Part shown: piece by piece, positions 1-11,810 of the stretch | How the letters are laid out: every line of letters begins with the position of its first letter | Position numbering within the stretch: position 1 is the first letter of the stretch | Assembly (NCBI GenBank): GCA_047495785.1 | Contig: JBLDXI010000009.1 | Span: forward strand, 4,898,001-4,962,000 | Length of the DNA stretch: 64,000 nt | Reading direction: 5' to 3' | Source: Lepidodermella squamata | Lineage: Eukaryota > Animalia > Gastrotricha | The notes under the pieces: generated by a model | What the model was told of the DNA's origin: nothing | The model's database searches: none | Seen by the model: the letters and a program-made list of their open reading frames with translations, nothing else | Program-made: the position numbers and the translations under genes

Positions 1-2434
1 GTTGCTGTGATTGGAGACCATACTTTTTTATGTGCAATTTGCGATTTTTTTCTAAAGTTACATTAATTTAAACTATAAAATACCATTTAGCCCTCTATTA
101 TAAACTGAACTCATTTCTTAGCTTCGTATAAATCGCTTCGTATATTATCTAAATTTGTGTATTCATTGTTTCCCGTTTATTTCGCGATTTCATAAGCCAA
201 ATAAAAGACAGTCCTCTGATACACCGTAAGTTTAGGTGAATATCCCATTTCCCTAAAATCTGAAATCGAGACCGTTCGCTTGAGAAGGGAATAACATGTT
301 GTTATGGTTTGGCTAACGTCCTGAGGTACCCTTAACTTACCTCCTTCTTCGATTGTGACTTTTTTCCTATCAACTTTTTTGTCTCAACTTATAATCCTGG
401 GTTCAAATAATTTGCGGCGGCAGTTACAAGGTTCGAATCCTTGGAAATCCTTGATAATCGGAACCGAATTTCGCTCTGCCTTCTTGACTGGACACTGGAC
501 CACAACTAATATACATCTACCGCAAACTGTTTTACTGATCTGTTGTAGTGCCGGACATTTTCCTTATCATCTTCATCTTTCCGAATATTCAAGAATAGTT
601 AACTCCGCGATCCATTTATTTTCAACTAACTAAACAGGTCCGTTATCACCCTAGAAGAGGAGAGGGGTTCCTAAAATAAATAATCGTGAAGCACTATTTT
701 ACGAAGCTCTCAAGGAACAGTAAGTGCGATTTTCTTCTGTTCATTTTTTAAGTGACGCGCTAAAGCTACCTATGGCGTGCCGTGAATGCCGCCATATACC
801 CGAAAGGCGCGCGCGTGTCACCAATTCGATCAACCGATATTCGCGGCACGTGAGAATCAAAAATGGCCGCGTAATTAGCTTCATTCTCGCCCGCATTTAG
901 CGAGTGAGTGATCGCACGCACGCGCGCGTCTAATTTCGCAAGTAATCGAGTGCAAAACGCCTGCTAATAACTGACAATCATCACATAAACAATTGCGCAT
1001 TCGCCCGAAGGGGCTGCCGGCGTAAACAACGAAACTGTACACATACCTTTCTTTGGCCATGATTATCGGCCCGGTGCACCGATAAAATGTGACGTTTTTA
1101 CACAAGGGCGCGGCCCTGACCGATTTACTCTTCGTTCTTTTAGGGAGGTGTCGCGCCGATATATATACATATATATAATAGTAAACAGTTTCTCCAACTG
1201 TTGTGAGCGCGTATAAAATATTCGCGTAAGGTGCGTAATCGAGGCTGTGCGCGCAAAAATATTTCGCGCGCTCTAGCGCGTGATATAAAAATCGCATAAA
1301 ATATGCCATGAATAAAAAGGTGTGGCCAGATATGTGTATATGTGTATATATGTGCGGTGTTTATTGTACCTTGCCTCATATAGGGGAAATATTCTATTAT
1401 CCTACATTACGACGACTGACCACTGCCCCCTTACTGTGTTGGCAACGTTGTCCTTAACAACGCGGACTATCGAGTCGCAGTAGTAGTAGCAGCAATAATA
1501 ATAATAATAACAGTGCGACTGCCACCGATCGCAGCCAATTTTTCAGTCTTGTGCGCCGCGATAATAATGCAGCGGTAAAATAACAATAACAATAATTCAT
1601 ATTTTATCGTATTTAATTTTTCCTAGCCAGGCCTTGAAACAAGGCCTAAAAACAGGCGGCTCTAGTGTTTCCGTGACCGGCCGCCACCCCCTGCCACTGC
1701 CATTAGTCGCGCGTTTTGCGCGTAAAAACTCGTGTGTGCGCAACGATTTTTCGCGCCCTCGCCTCCTCTCACTCCGTGCCGGCCGAGCGCTACCGAAAAC
1801 AGCCGGAAACGGGTGACGTGTTTTTCTAGCGGCGCTTAAATAGTCGCAATTATTTTGAAACTAACCAACGCATCCGGCCGGCCGACGTCTGACCACTTGT
1901 TATCGATGTAGTTATTAGCTGCTTCATTGTTTTCATCGGGACAAAGCAGCTCGGAATCCGTCCTCGTACGTCTAAATTCAATCCCGAGAAAGAGACGCGA
2001 GATTTTGCTCGTATTTTTCCAGCCCTTTCTTGATTGTCCCAAACTGATCAAATATGGCACCAAAAATTAACCTTGCTATTCTTACCCATAGACCAAATTT
2101 AGAGTCATTTGGACGTTCTATGGAATCATTAGTTAGAATACATTTATTTTGATCATTTTGATCGCATTGCGATCAAATTTTCTGTGATTATTTAGAGATA
2201 TTGCGCGGTAGGATCAACAGGTAAAGAAGCTTGTTTGCGGATCAAAAGTGGGATCATTTTTCTTTATTCCGATCAAATTCCGATCAATCTTTGAGGTCGA
2301 ATTAAGCAATTTTAGGGGGGAAATAGGACATGGATTATCAAGAGTTTAACCGCTTCGATAGTTTCGCCTACTCAATGATTTTATTTATTTATTTATGATT
2401 TGAATTGTTTAGGTATTTTTTAATTCAAAGACGG

Positions 2435-5400
2435 ATGGCTCCGAAATCGTCAATATTTTTACTGATACTGACGCTTCAGTTGCAATTATTTCCGTTGTTA
2501 TTATTTCTTCACCACCCATTCGTTGAATCTCGTCCTTACGGTGCTCCGGCTGGAGTTCGGAGGCAGGCATTACCCGCTGCATATGCCCCATCGTCGAAAT
2601 GCAGAGAGAAAGGCGACGTAGCCTTTGGTGAAATTTGTTACCGATTTGTCGAGAGCACTCAGGCGATTAGTTACGAAACCGCCTCGGAATACTGCCGAAA
2701 TCTGGCTGGAAACAAAACTCTAGCCCTAATACCATCAAGGCGAGCCCAGATTTTCCTGGCGAATTATTTAGAAAGCCGAGGCTGGTTGGATGCCTTGATT
2801 GGGCTCCGACTTGTTCGAACACCCTGGCGATGGGTTGCGCCACTAACGGATGATACCGAAATTCGTAAAATATTCACCAGCGAGCCTATTAGCCATCAAT
2901 ACCTCAACAGCCAGGGTTGTTACGGTAATGCGAAAATCGACGCTCAGAACTCGAAATACTCGAATCGGCTAACAATCGAAGGCTGTATTGAATTTTGCCG
3001 TGAGAAGTTGAAACCATTTGCTGGTGTTCAAGCCGCTACTTTATGCCTATGTGCGGATAAATTACCTGCGGCGCATGATAGAGCATTCAACTGCACTATG
3101 AAATGTTCTGGAGATGGAGATCAGTTGTGTGGAAATCATCGAGCAATTTATTTCTACAACGCAAAGCCAGCACCTGGACGGTCATTGCATACCGCTGAAA
3201 ATTGGGCGGTTAGCCGGCCAGCTTCTGACGGCAATTGTGCCGCTTCTATGATTTTGGATAAGCAACACTCGGCCTGGTTAGATCTCAGCTGTACAACACC
3301 TCTTCTCTTCATTTGCCAGTTCAACAAGCTGCTGAGTGAATTTTCAGCCTGGCCTGTCGATCAGGTCATTTCGTCAGCGAAGGAAAAAGCGTTCTGCACT
3401 CAAAAGTGGTGCTATTTACTATTCCCACGGGTTCAACTTAATTTCGCTGCCGCTAATAAGTACTGCGCAAAAAGAAACCGCGGCGGTCGGTTGGTAAGGA
3501 TCGACTCTATGGACGACCAAGTTGTGGTCAATAAACTCGTTATGGCTCCAACGACTAAGGAACGATCTAACGGCGGTACAGCTATGCAAGTACCTCCCTC
3601 GACCCCTTTGCGTTTCTGGATTGGAGCGACTAATTACGAGTTTCAATGGGAAGACGGCACGCCACTAAGGCCTGGCTTCGCTGCGTGGGCTGAAGACACT
3701 GAGCCGTCTCTGAGTAACTCCGAGCCGAAAACTTGTGTTAGAATGCATAGTTTCGAGGGGTCTTACATGTGGAAGCTAAGGAGCTGCGAGGACATTCAAG
3801 GGTCTAAAACCTTCATCTGCTCAGGTAGGACGATTATACTTATGGAATTATTTTTATATATGTTACTCTCATTTTAGGACCTGCTTTAGGGAGTGAAAAG
3901 GATAAGGCTACGTCAATTGAGACTACTCGCCCTTCTGAAACAACAATTTTCGACACTACAACGTCTCGATTTCCCGAGTTGTCGGTAATGATGAAGCGTC
4001 ATGATACTGGAAGATCTCCCTTTCCTCGGACTATGAACGTTGACGTCACTACTACAAAATACCATATCCCGTTCACGAAAAGAAAGCTAGGGGCTGGTAC
4101 TTTGACGACCGACGAAGCAACTACTGTTTTTATTGAAACTACTACACCCGAGTCTACTACTACTACGACAACTGCTTCAACCAGTACGACTAGTTCTACT
4201 ACTACGACTAGCACTACCACTAGTACAACTTCTTCCACTAGTACATCCACTAGTACAACTTCCACAACTTCTACCTCCCCGTCTACCTCAACTCATACAA
4301 CTACCATGCTTCCAACGACTGAAGAAATTACGACTACAATTAGCTCCACTTCAACTGATCATCCAACATCACCCGAGCCTTTCATACCACCAACTGTAAC
4401 TGGGGTGTTTATCGAAGAAGATCGGGAAATCGCTGCTCAAGAGCTCTCTGAGGTTACTTCTAGGCCATATCGAGAGGCAACAGTGCACTCCAGCCCAAGA
4501 ATCCAAGCGACCACGGGGGAAACTCCGAAAAAGTTGACTGAAACTCATTTCCGACGAAAAATTGATGAAGTCGTGTTGGTTGTATTCAACGAAGGCTCAA
4601 CGCATTTTGTTGAGACAACTACGCTACCTGGGACAACATCTCCGCCACCAATTAGCAGTGTGAGAGTCAATGTGAAGCGGCAAACAGTGCCCGTTATGAC
4701 TACCATTTTGGACCCAGCTTCAATATCGGAAATTTCGACGTCGACACAAGAAGTTACTACAACAAAACCGTCGACCACAGTAAGGGAGCTTATCTCGTTA
4801 ACTGAAAGAATTACGTCTGAGCAGCCTACGACACAGCTTAATTTCGAAACTACGGCGATTTTTGTTGATAAAAGGACAAGCGGTAGCATGCCGCCTATTG
4901 AATCTACTCCTCAAGATTCCACCACTCAAACTATTAAAGAGACCACCGAGCTTGTTACGACCACTCCAACTACAGTTCTGTCGACTAAAATTGAAGAGAC
5001 GACAACTGCTTATGCTACTACGCAGAAAGCTGTCGAAACAACAATGGGCGAAACTACAGTCGTAACGACACATTTTGCTCATATAGCCATGATGAAACAT
5101 GTAAATTCGGCGAAACCGATCGAGTTCGAGCAAGATCATTCGAATATTACTTACTTTCCTACCTCATGGGCCATCGAAACACTCAATACTTCCGATCTAG
5201 GCGGCACTCCGCCTTTCGTCGAGGACCAGACAGGTTTAGTGACGGGGAATGATACCGAAGAAGCAGCAGCAGCTGCTGCGTTAGATCGAGGTAGGCTATC
5301 AGAAATTCCCCCTTCAATTTTGATGACTTTTTCATTTCAGAGCCTGTACTTATCTCTGGTAACTTTGATCTGCCTGATAATGCACCGCAAAACATCAAAC

Positions 5401-6676
5401 TGAGCGCGTTAAGCGAGTCTGGCTTTGCGGGAGGAACTGAAACTCAGAAGCCAGACCAAGTTGAGGGCGAGGATTCTAAGCCTGACAACAGCAGTTCCCC
5501 AACAATTTTATGGTGGCACGTTCTTTTGGCTGTGTTACTGAGTGTAGCGTTTGCAAGCCTTATTATTTCGATTTGCTGTTGCCACATTGAATCGTAAGTT
5601 GCTGTGGTTATTTTCATTTCGAACCCGTTATGTAACTTTGATGGCTTTTCAGTGTCAAAGAGTGTTTCACTCGCCGGAAACGGCAGAGGCACAATCGAAG
5701 AGTCTCGCCGTCTTGCTCGGCCGGGGTTAGCCACCACGAAACTCCAGCGGTCAGCTCTCGAGACCCTCACAGCGATAACTTGTCCTCGAGCTCCTTGAGA
5801 GAAGTCGCTGATGACGACGTGTCTCTAACGTCATGCATCATGGCAATCAAGCGATTACTCATTGGGCAGCAAATCAGTAATCATACTGATAAAATCGATA
5901 TCACAAGAGCTAGAGATTCGATACTCTCCTCGTCACCCCCAAGACGACCATCTGCGCCCTACAGGGTGTGGACTAATCAGGGCAAAGTTTGCCCAGGGGC
6001 TCAGGAGTCAAAGTCTCCAGAAGAGCCTCAGCCAAAAGAAGCCGAGTCGAAAATTGAAAGTACTGCATCGACCCCTCAAACTTCGGAAAAAGAAGTTCCG
6101 GTCGTTAGCAGTGCAGACCCTTCCCCTGAGGCCCCAGAGGTTCGAGAATCTCTGGAATTGCGTGAGGGGAGCAAAACTGAGCAATCAGCAGAGCAAAGCC
6201 TGAATAACACAGGCAACTTCTTCATGCAAGTTCTGTCATCCAATCCAGAAACAAATAATGTAAAGTTGAATACGGCCACCCCATCGCCAAGGCCGACTGC
6301 AGTGGAGGATCCAAATCCAGTCATCAATCAACTGCCACCTCTTCGGCAGAAGACTCATTTAATCTCGGCTAAATCCGAGCCTGAACACTCGAGGGGTAAA
6401 ACTAAGACGATCATATCCGCCACAGCCTGTTCGCTGCCCGTTGTGTTGTCAAATTCCGGTTCCCCAGTTAACAACGAGGCTAGCAATGATTTGGTTGGGC
6501 TGCGGAGTCGCGAGACGAGTCAGGATAAAATGGTGTTACCCACCCCTCCGCCAGTTTTTTCAACTCCTGTAACAGCTGTGGTGGCGATTGATCAAGCTCC
6601 AACGCCTCTTTTAGCCACAGTTATGGCAACCAACGACCAAGGGACAAATACGATGCGAGAGGCTGCTGTATCATAA
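2435..6676 (+). CDS. Type I membrane receptor: signal peptide, C-type lectin with nested WSC domain, second C-type lectin, long Thr/Ser mucin stalk, TM helix, disordered cytoplasmic tail (paralog A)
   Basis: ATG 2435 (MAPKSSIFLLIL...). Exons 2435-3824, 3878-5290, 5341-5593, 5653-6676 join in frame through GT-AG introns of 50-59 nt. CTL motifs (FGEICY, A..YC, LIGL..W.W, W.D..C...FICQ; WIGA..FQWEDG..C..WK..C..FICSG). WSC motif (GCY..LTIEGCIEFC..FAGVQ..CLC..C.MKCSGD..QLCG). TM ILWWHVLLAVLLSVAFASLIISICCC in exon 3. Confidence 0.88.
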
Positions 6677-7612
6677 CCTTGTTGTTGAATCTCTTTATTA
6701 TTACGCAAAAATATCTACCTCTATGTATTGTTAAAAAAAATGACTCACTTTCAGCAAAAAATATTAAGAAAAAATCTACCTATTTTTATTTATTTTCTTC
6801 AAATTATAATGCGATCAAAAAAGCAGCCTCGTTTCTTTCTGAAAATTCAGTTTTTTCCTATTTCTGGATATTTCCTTCTCTGTAAATGACTGTAAAATGC
6901 GACAAATGTCACCTGAGTTTTTTATATAGAGATAATTTTTCGTTCTCATGAAAAAGTGCAATTATTATGTAATAAATAGAGTTCCTTAATGGGTTTGTCA
7001 TTGTTAAAATTTTTAACATGTATTATACTAATCTCAGTCGGCAATAATGCAGAGAAAATATCGCCTTATCAAGCAAGTGATATACCCATTAATACAATGA
7101 TTTCGCGAAAAGGAAAAATAAATCAATGCTCCATTTCATTCTGTGCATTTTTCAGTCAGATTATGGCTTCTATCTCGCAATGAAGCCTAAAATAATTCAT
7201 GGCTACACACCCGCGAATTTGAGTGGGAATTGCAATGTTGGCTCCCGTTACGGACGCATCCGGTGTATCCCACTTGTCTTAGAATTTCCCATTCATAGAT
7301 AAATCTCGTATACGTATATTCGGTCGATTGAATACAGCGTAAATTCAGCCATGCATATGAATCAGCCAATCGTTTAATAAGCGTTGTTCGGTATGGTGGG
7401 GGCGGCAGGCAGTCTACGACAAGTTATAACTGCGCCATGGAAACTCAAGCTAGAGTGAGCAGCGCCTTTAAAAGTCTAAAAACCATAACAATAAATTAGC
7501 AAATTTCAGGAAACAAAACAATCATTTTTTGGCCCAAATTACGCGAATTCCTAGCTCCGAAAAAATTGCACTTACTGCATTCCATTTGTTTTTTAGTCTT
7601 TTTTACACAATC

Positions 7613-8164
7613 ATGTGTCTTTCTTTGGCCTTCATACTTCTTGCCTTTGCTGCCTGTGTAGCAGTGTCTGATGGTCGACCCACGTTGGGTGGGGCTGATT
7701 TGAGCGGAGAAAGTCAGAGCAGTGTAACTCAGAAACCGTGGTTCGCCCCGGGCCGGTCTGGTAAATTTGCTGGGGCTGGTCTTATGCCACCTGTTTACGA
7801 CACTGTCTCCCATCGAAAACACTTTCACAACGACGATTCGTCCGAGGAAGCAACAGGACAGCACGCTCATGGCAGCGAAGACCAACAGAACTACATAATT
7901 GCAAATCGAAATCTCCACTTTCACGACGATGAGGAAGGGAGTGACGAGAATCACAGCCATGAAGTATCAACCAACCCTTTCATTGCAAATCGACCGCGTG
8001 GGAAGCAAATCGACGACAGCACGGGCAAGGTGATTATTCCGGCAGCGAAGCTCAAGGAATTGAAGAAGGTACTTGAGTACCTGGCAAACCACGCCGGGCA
8101 AACCGGTGGGTGGTTTTTCGGGCACGAAAGTCACGAAAGTTCCGAGCTGAACCATCGCGTTTGA
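7613..8164 (+). CDS. Secreted His/acidic-rich protein, possible peptide precursor
   Basis: ATG 7613 begins a clear signal peptide (MCLSLAFILLAFAACVAVSDG). Intronless. AATAAA shortly after the stop. Internal repeat HFH-acidic-HxH-...-IANR occurs twice. Confidence 0.75.
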   Translation: MCLSLAFILLAFAACVAVSDGRPTLGGADLSGESQSSVTQKPWFAPGRSGKFAGAGLMPPVYDTVSHRKHFHNDDSSEEATGQHAHGSEDQQNYIIANRNLHFHDDEEGSDENHSHEVSTNPFIANRPRGKQIDDSTGKVIIPAAKLKELKKVLEYLANHAGQTGGWFFGHESHESSELNHRV

Positions 8165-8839
8165 GCGGCTGCTTCCGAGTGTTCAATAAATTAATCACTT
8201 CAATTAAGTGCCAAGTTCCTGTCTGACGCAGCTTCCTACGATCTAGAAAGAGAAATAAATAGCAGTTAAATTTTGGCATTGTTCATAATTCTTTTTTATT
8301 TCTCAGCAGAAAATGAACGAGGTGCTCTAATTCAGATATATGTGATTTTTAGGACCCAGACTCTGTATCACTGTTCCAAGAACACTCCCTTTCAGTCCTA
8401 GTGAGAAGTGAGCAACTACAAGCTGAAAAACGTTCCGAACTGGGAAGGTATGGCATATCACGAAACTTTGAGAGATTTTCAAGATCAGAGAATCTAGCAT
8501 TTCCGAACCTTCCCGAACCTTCCCGAAGCTTTCGATTTCAGCTATCCGCAAGTATGCCTTCAGCTCCTAGAATGTTGTGCCAATGGGTAATATTCCGAAA
8601 ATTGTAGTCTCTCAATTACCTTAGATATCTCTCAAATTGACCCGAATGCAAGTTCCCTTTATCCGACCTGAAAATGAATTTACCCAAGGAAATCCAACTC
8701 GAACCCGTCAGACAGTTTATCGATAAGCTCCATCCGTAACCTTCTGCGGATCGTGCGAACTCACGATCTTGTTTTATAAAACTGGATCAATATGTTGAAT
8801 CCGTTTCAGATTCTCAATTTTAGCCTTGTTAAAAGAATC

Positions 8840-9229
8840 ATGACTTCGTGGCAGCTGGCTGTATTCGCTTTCGTGGTCGTGCTAGAAGTGTGGCCAATCA
8901 CAGCCCGCCATTTCCATTACAAAGCCGCTCCGCCGCTAGCCGCAGCAGCTCCGAGAAAACGAAGCCATTACAGCACCGGCGATTTCTTCGATGACATGAT
9001 GCAACGCGAGGCCCGCGCTGGCAAGACAAAACTAGCGAAAACTTGGCGCGAACTCGCCGGTAATATGGGCAAGGCCACGAAGCCTAAACAACTGTCAACA
9101 TCCGCGCCTGAGCTACCAGCAGAACCTGAACACTTGAAGGAAGAGCAGGCGAAATCTTGGTTGCAGACCATTGGCGAGGCCTTTGCTTATCCGCATCAAG
9201 AAGCTGACCCGCAGGATATTTCTAAGTGA
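8840..9229 (+). CDS. Secreted protein or prepropeptide
   Basis: ATG 8840, signal peptide MTSWQLAVFAFVVVLEVWPITA, RKR cleavage site, cationic helix KTKLAKTWRELAGNMGKA. Intronless. Confidence 0.7.
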   Translation: MTSWQLAVFAFVVVLEVWPITARHFHYKAAPPLAAAAPRKRSHYSTGDFFDDMMQREARAGKTKLAKTWRELAGNMGKATKPKQLSTSAPELPAEPEHLKEEQAKSWLQTIGEAFAYPHQEADPQDISK

Positions 9230-9444
9230 TGCGAAGCTTAATCTTGTATATCGATCCGGTGAATGACGCATGTGTAATCTCTAGTACCTGAATCTGAGCA
9301 CACTAGCCACTGGCTGTCTTGTGACCATTGTTTTGTGCCGTTTTACAAGTAAAGTCTAGATTATCGCCCACGTTCTCAGAAGATTTGTTAGTGATTTTTG
9401 GCTAAAAAGAGTGAAATTTTAACGAGAAAATTTGAAAACATATA

Positions 9445-9663
9445 ATGAGACTTTTTGCAATACTCTTTTTGATTGCTGCATTTGCTGTTCAGCTGAATGC
9501 TGCATGGCTCTATCCAGAATACGAGGATTCGCCGGACGAATTCGACGATTTCTGGCCTACTATACCACGTAGCAAGGTATTTGGACCCGGTCGACAGTCA
9601 CAATTCGGCCGGTTCAAGTTCTACCGAATGCCGTCGATGCGAGGAGCCGGATTTTTCATTTAG
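9445..9663 (+). CDS. 72-aa secreted peptide precursor (signal, acidic propiece, cationic aromatic C-terminus)
   Basis: MRLFAILFLIAAFAVQLNA signal, acidic EYEDSPDEFDD, then R/K/F/G-rich tail with two GR motifs. AATAAA about 25 nt after the stop. Homologous copy at 48591-48812. Confidence 0.75.
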   Translation: MRLFAILFLIAAFAVQLNAAWLYPEYEDSPDEFDDFWPTIPRSKVFGPGRQSQFGRFKFYRMPSMRGAGFFI

Positions 9664-9851
9664 AATGTAAAACTAGTAGTTTTTCACTAAAATAAAGCAA
9701 GCTTCGAATTTAGTTAAAATCAAGCATACATTTTTACTTATTTTTACAAGTATTCACTGCAAAATTATGCAATCGAAGCCTCTGATTACTACATCTTTTC
9801 GATAATAACATGTTTATAAAATAGGTATAAGAAAGCTTCGCATTCGAAGCT

Positions 9852-11810
9852 CTAGTAGGAATTGCTCTCCTCGGGTTTTTCATGTTCAGCTTCAGGGCAG
9901 CAGCAAGCTACACACTGATTGTCTCGCTTCGAATACCTGTTTCCCAGGTCAGCCAGTTTTCTAAAGAAAAAAGTGGCAAATTCCACAGATTAAGATAACT
10001 GTCGAACTCACTCTCTTGCGTAGTGGTAAATAAGAAAATTAATCACTGCTGTAATTATGGTTGCAATGACACCTGGTACAGCAATGGCCGAGGCTGGGAA
10101 AGATGGCGAGCGGCGTGCTTCCTGAGGACCCGGGTCTTTCTGAGCCTCAACCACAGGCGCTCCCAGCGTGCTGCTGCTCGCAGTCCTCGTCGTTGGCGCT
10201 TGTGTTGTTGTAGATGTTGTAGTAGTTGCAGGTAGTATGAATGGTTCCGGAGTTTTGAAGCCGATTGGTTGAGGCTGGTAGAGGTAACCGCCAAGGCGTA
10301 AATCTTGCGGAACCGCCGGGGCGACACCATTCGAGTCGAAATCTTGTAAAGCAGGCCCGGAACAGAGGATAGCCTTTTTGTTGGACCCAGGTTGACCAGG
10401 TACAGGTAGATCGGTACAGGCGATTGGGCCCCATGTAAAATTAGGACCATTCATTCGAACGCAATCTGCCTTTGTCTTAATCGGCGAGAGTCCAGCTGGT
10501 ATTCCTGCAGGAGGATCGTTCCAATAGCTGTAAGACTCATAACCCGAGCCATCGGGCCAAACTGCAGCATAAAACCTGTAATCTACGCTTTGGAGACGTA
10601 TATTAAGCTTACCGAAGTCAGATGCTGTAGCTCCAATATAGAATACCTGTTCGATAGAGCCTGCGACAGTGCGGCGTAGTAGCACTTCGATCACGTTTTG
10701 AGTTGCCTACAATGCGTAAAATTAACAGGAATAGGATTCAAAGTTAACGAATGAACTAACCGGACTGTCTATCGATGCGATTTCTCCTGAATTCCTTCGG
10801 CAATACTTGACTGCATCCCAAAATGACAGCTTGACATCATCAACCAGCACGTAAATCGAATCTGTCATAGCTGTTGAGCTGCCGAGTTTATTAGGGAAGC
10901 GGCACAAAAACGGCCGTTCTTTATCGCAATCCTGCGAGTACCAACGATTGCGCCCCGCGAGAGTCCCATCGAACACTGCACATTTTTTTACCCCGGTGGA
11001 GTCGGGATTGCCAAGGGCCCAGCTTTTATCATACGCGCGGGAGTTATTCTCAGAAATGTCACGTTTTGGTTGACGGACCTGGTATACGTTGACAGAATTT
11101 GAGCCGCCACAAAATTCTCCACTAGTCGAATCAGGGCATTTTGCATCGCAGTTGGACGAAGGCTTATTCCAATAAAATTGATCGCTGCAGTAACACCGGT
11201 TTGAATCTAAAATAGCCGCGAAGAGTGACGCATTGCAGTGTTTCAAGCATAGATCAATTGTCATGTTGCTATTCTGCAATAGATCAAAGCCATTGTCAAT
11301 GAGTGCTTCGAAACAGCCGTGATTCGACAGAGGTTTGAATGTGGTTTGATTCACCCACTTCCAGAGGGTTTGAACCCGTTTTAATCCGATTAGGAGTTCA
11401 TCGAAGCCGAATTTCGGTCTCAAGCTCGCAATGTAACTTTGCTGCTCCACATTTCGGATTATTCCTAGATGTTTTGCATATTTGAAGCAGAATTTACCGG
11501 CAGCATCGAATACACTCGTTCGATTCGGATTTTGCAGACGGAAATCAGCGTAGTAAGATGCAAATTCCTGGCTGTTGAACGGTACGATGCGGAAACATGT
11601 CGGCCTATTTTCGGACATGTGGTACAAGTCGTCCTGAAATGGGCATAGTCGTTGAGAGTCGATTTGCCGTTTTCTTCGAATCAACGGATCATCGCTGTAG
11701 TCGCCATCAGCGATCGGCGTTTCAAGCTCAACACTCGTTGATTTCGCCAGACGATTGCTGGCGAAGAAGAGCAAAAAACAAATTCCTATTTGAAAGCTTA
11801 CTTTCTTCAT
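9852..11810 (-). CDS. CTL[WSC]-CTL short-stalk type I membrane receptor (paralog B)
   Basis: Exons 11810-10761, 10706-10613, 10561-10012, 9960-9852. The same introns occur at identical positions in paralog D. Signal peptide, RRKR furin site, nested WSC, second CTL ending ILCSGPAL, TM IAVPGVIATIITAVINFLIY, tail with CVACCCP. Confidence 0.88.

Noticed and set aside
355-2063. Short ORFs in the first 2 kb
   Set aside because: No recognisable motifs or consistent splice structure; low-complexity AT/CG text typical of regulatory DNA.
3999-4889. Val-rich antisense ORFs (also 15671-16783, 20849-21757, 34426-34965, 58370-58984)
   Set aside because: Shadows of Thr-rich, Cys-rich or GC-rich sense exons with no independent coding signal.
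10562-10612. Apparent 17-aa insertion (GKLNIRLQSVDYRFYAA) in CTL2 of paralog B in the ORF track
   Set aside because: It is a 51-nt stop-free GT-AG intron. The homologous segment in paralog D is 50 nt with a stop, and removal restores SDFVWPDG.
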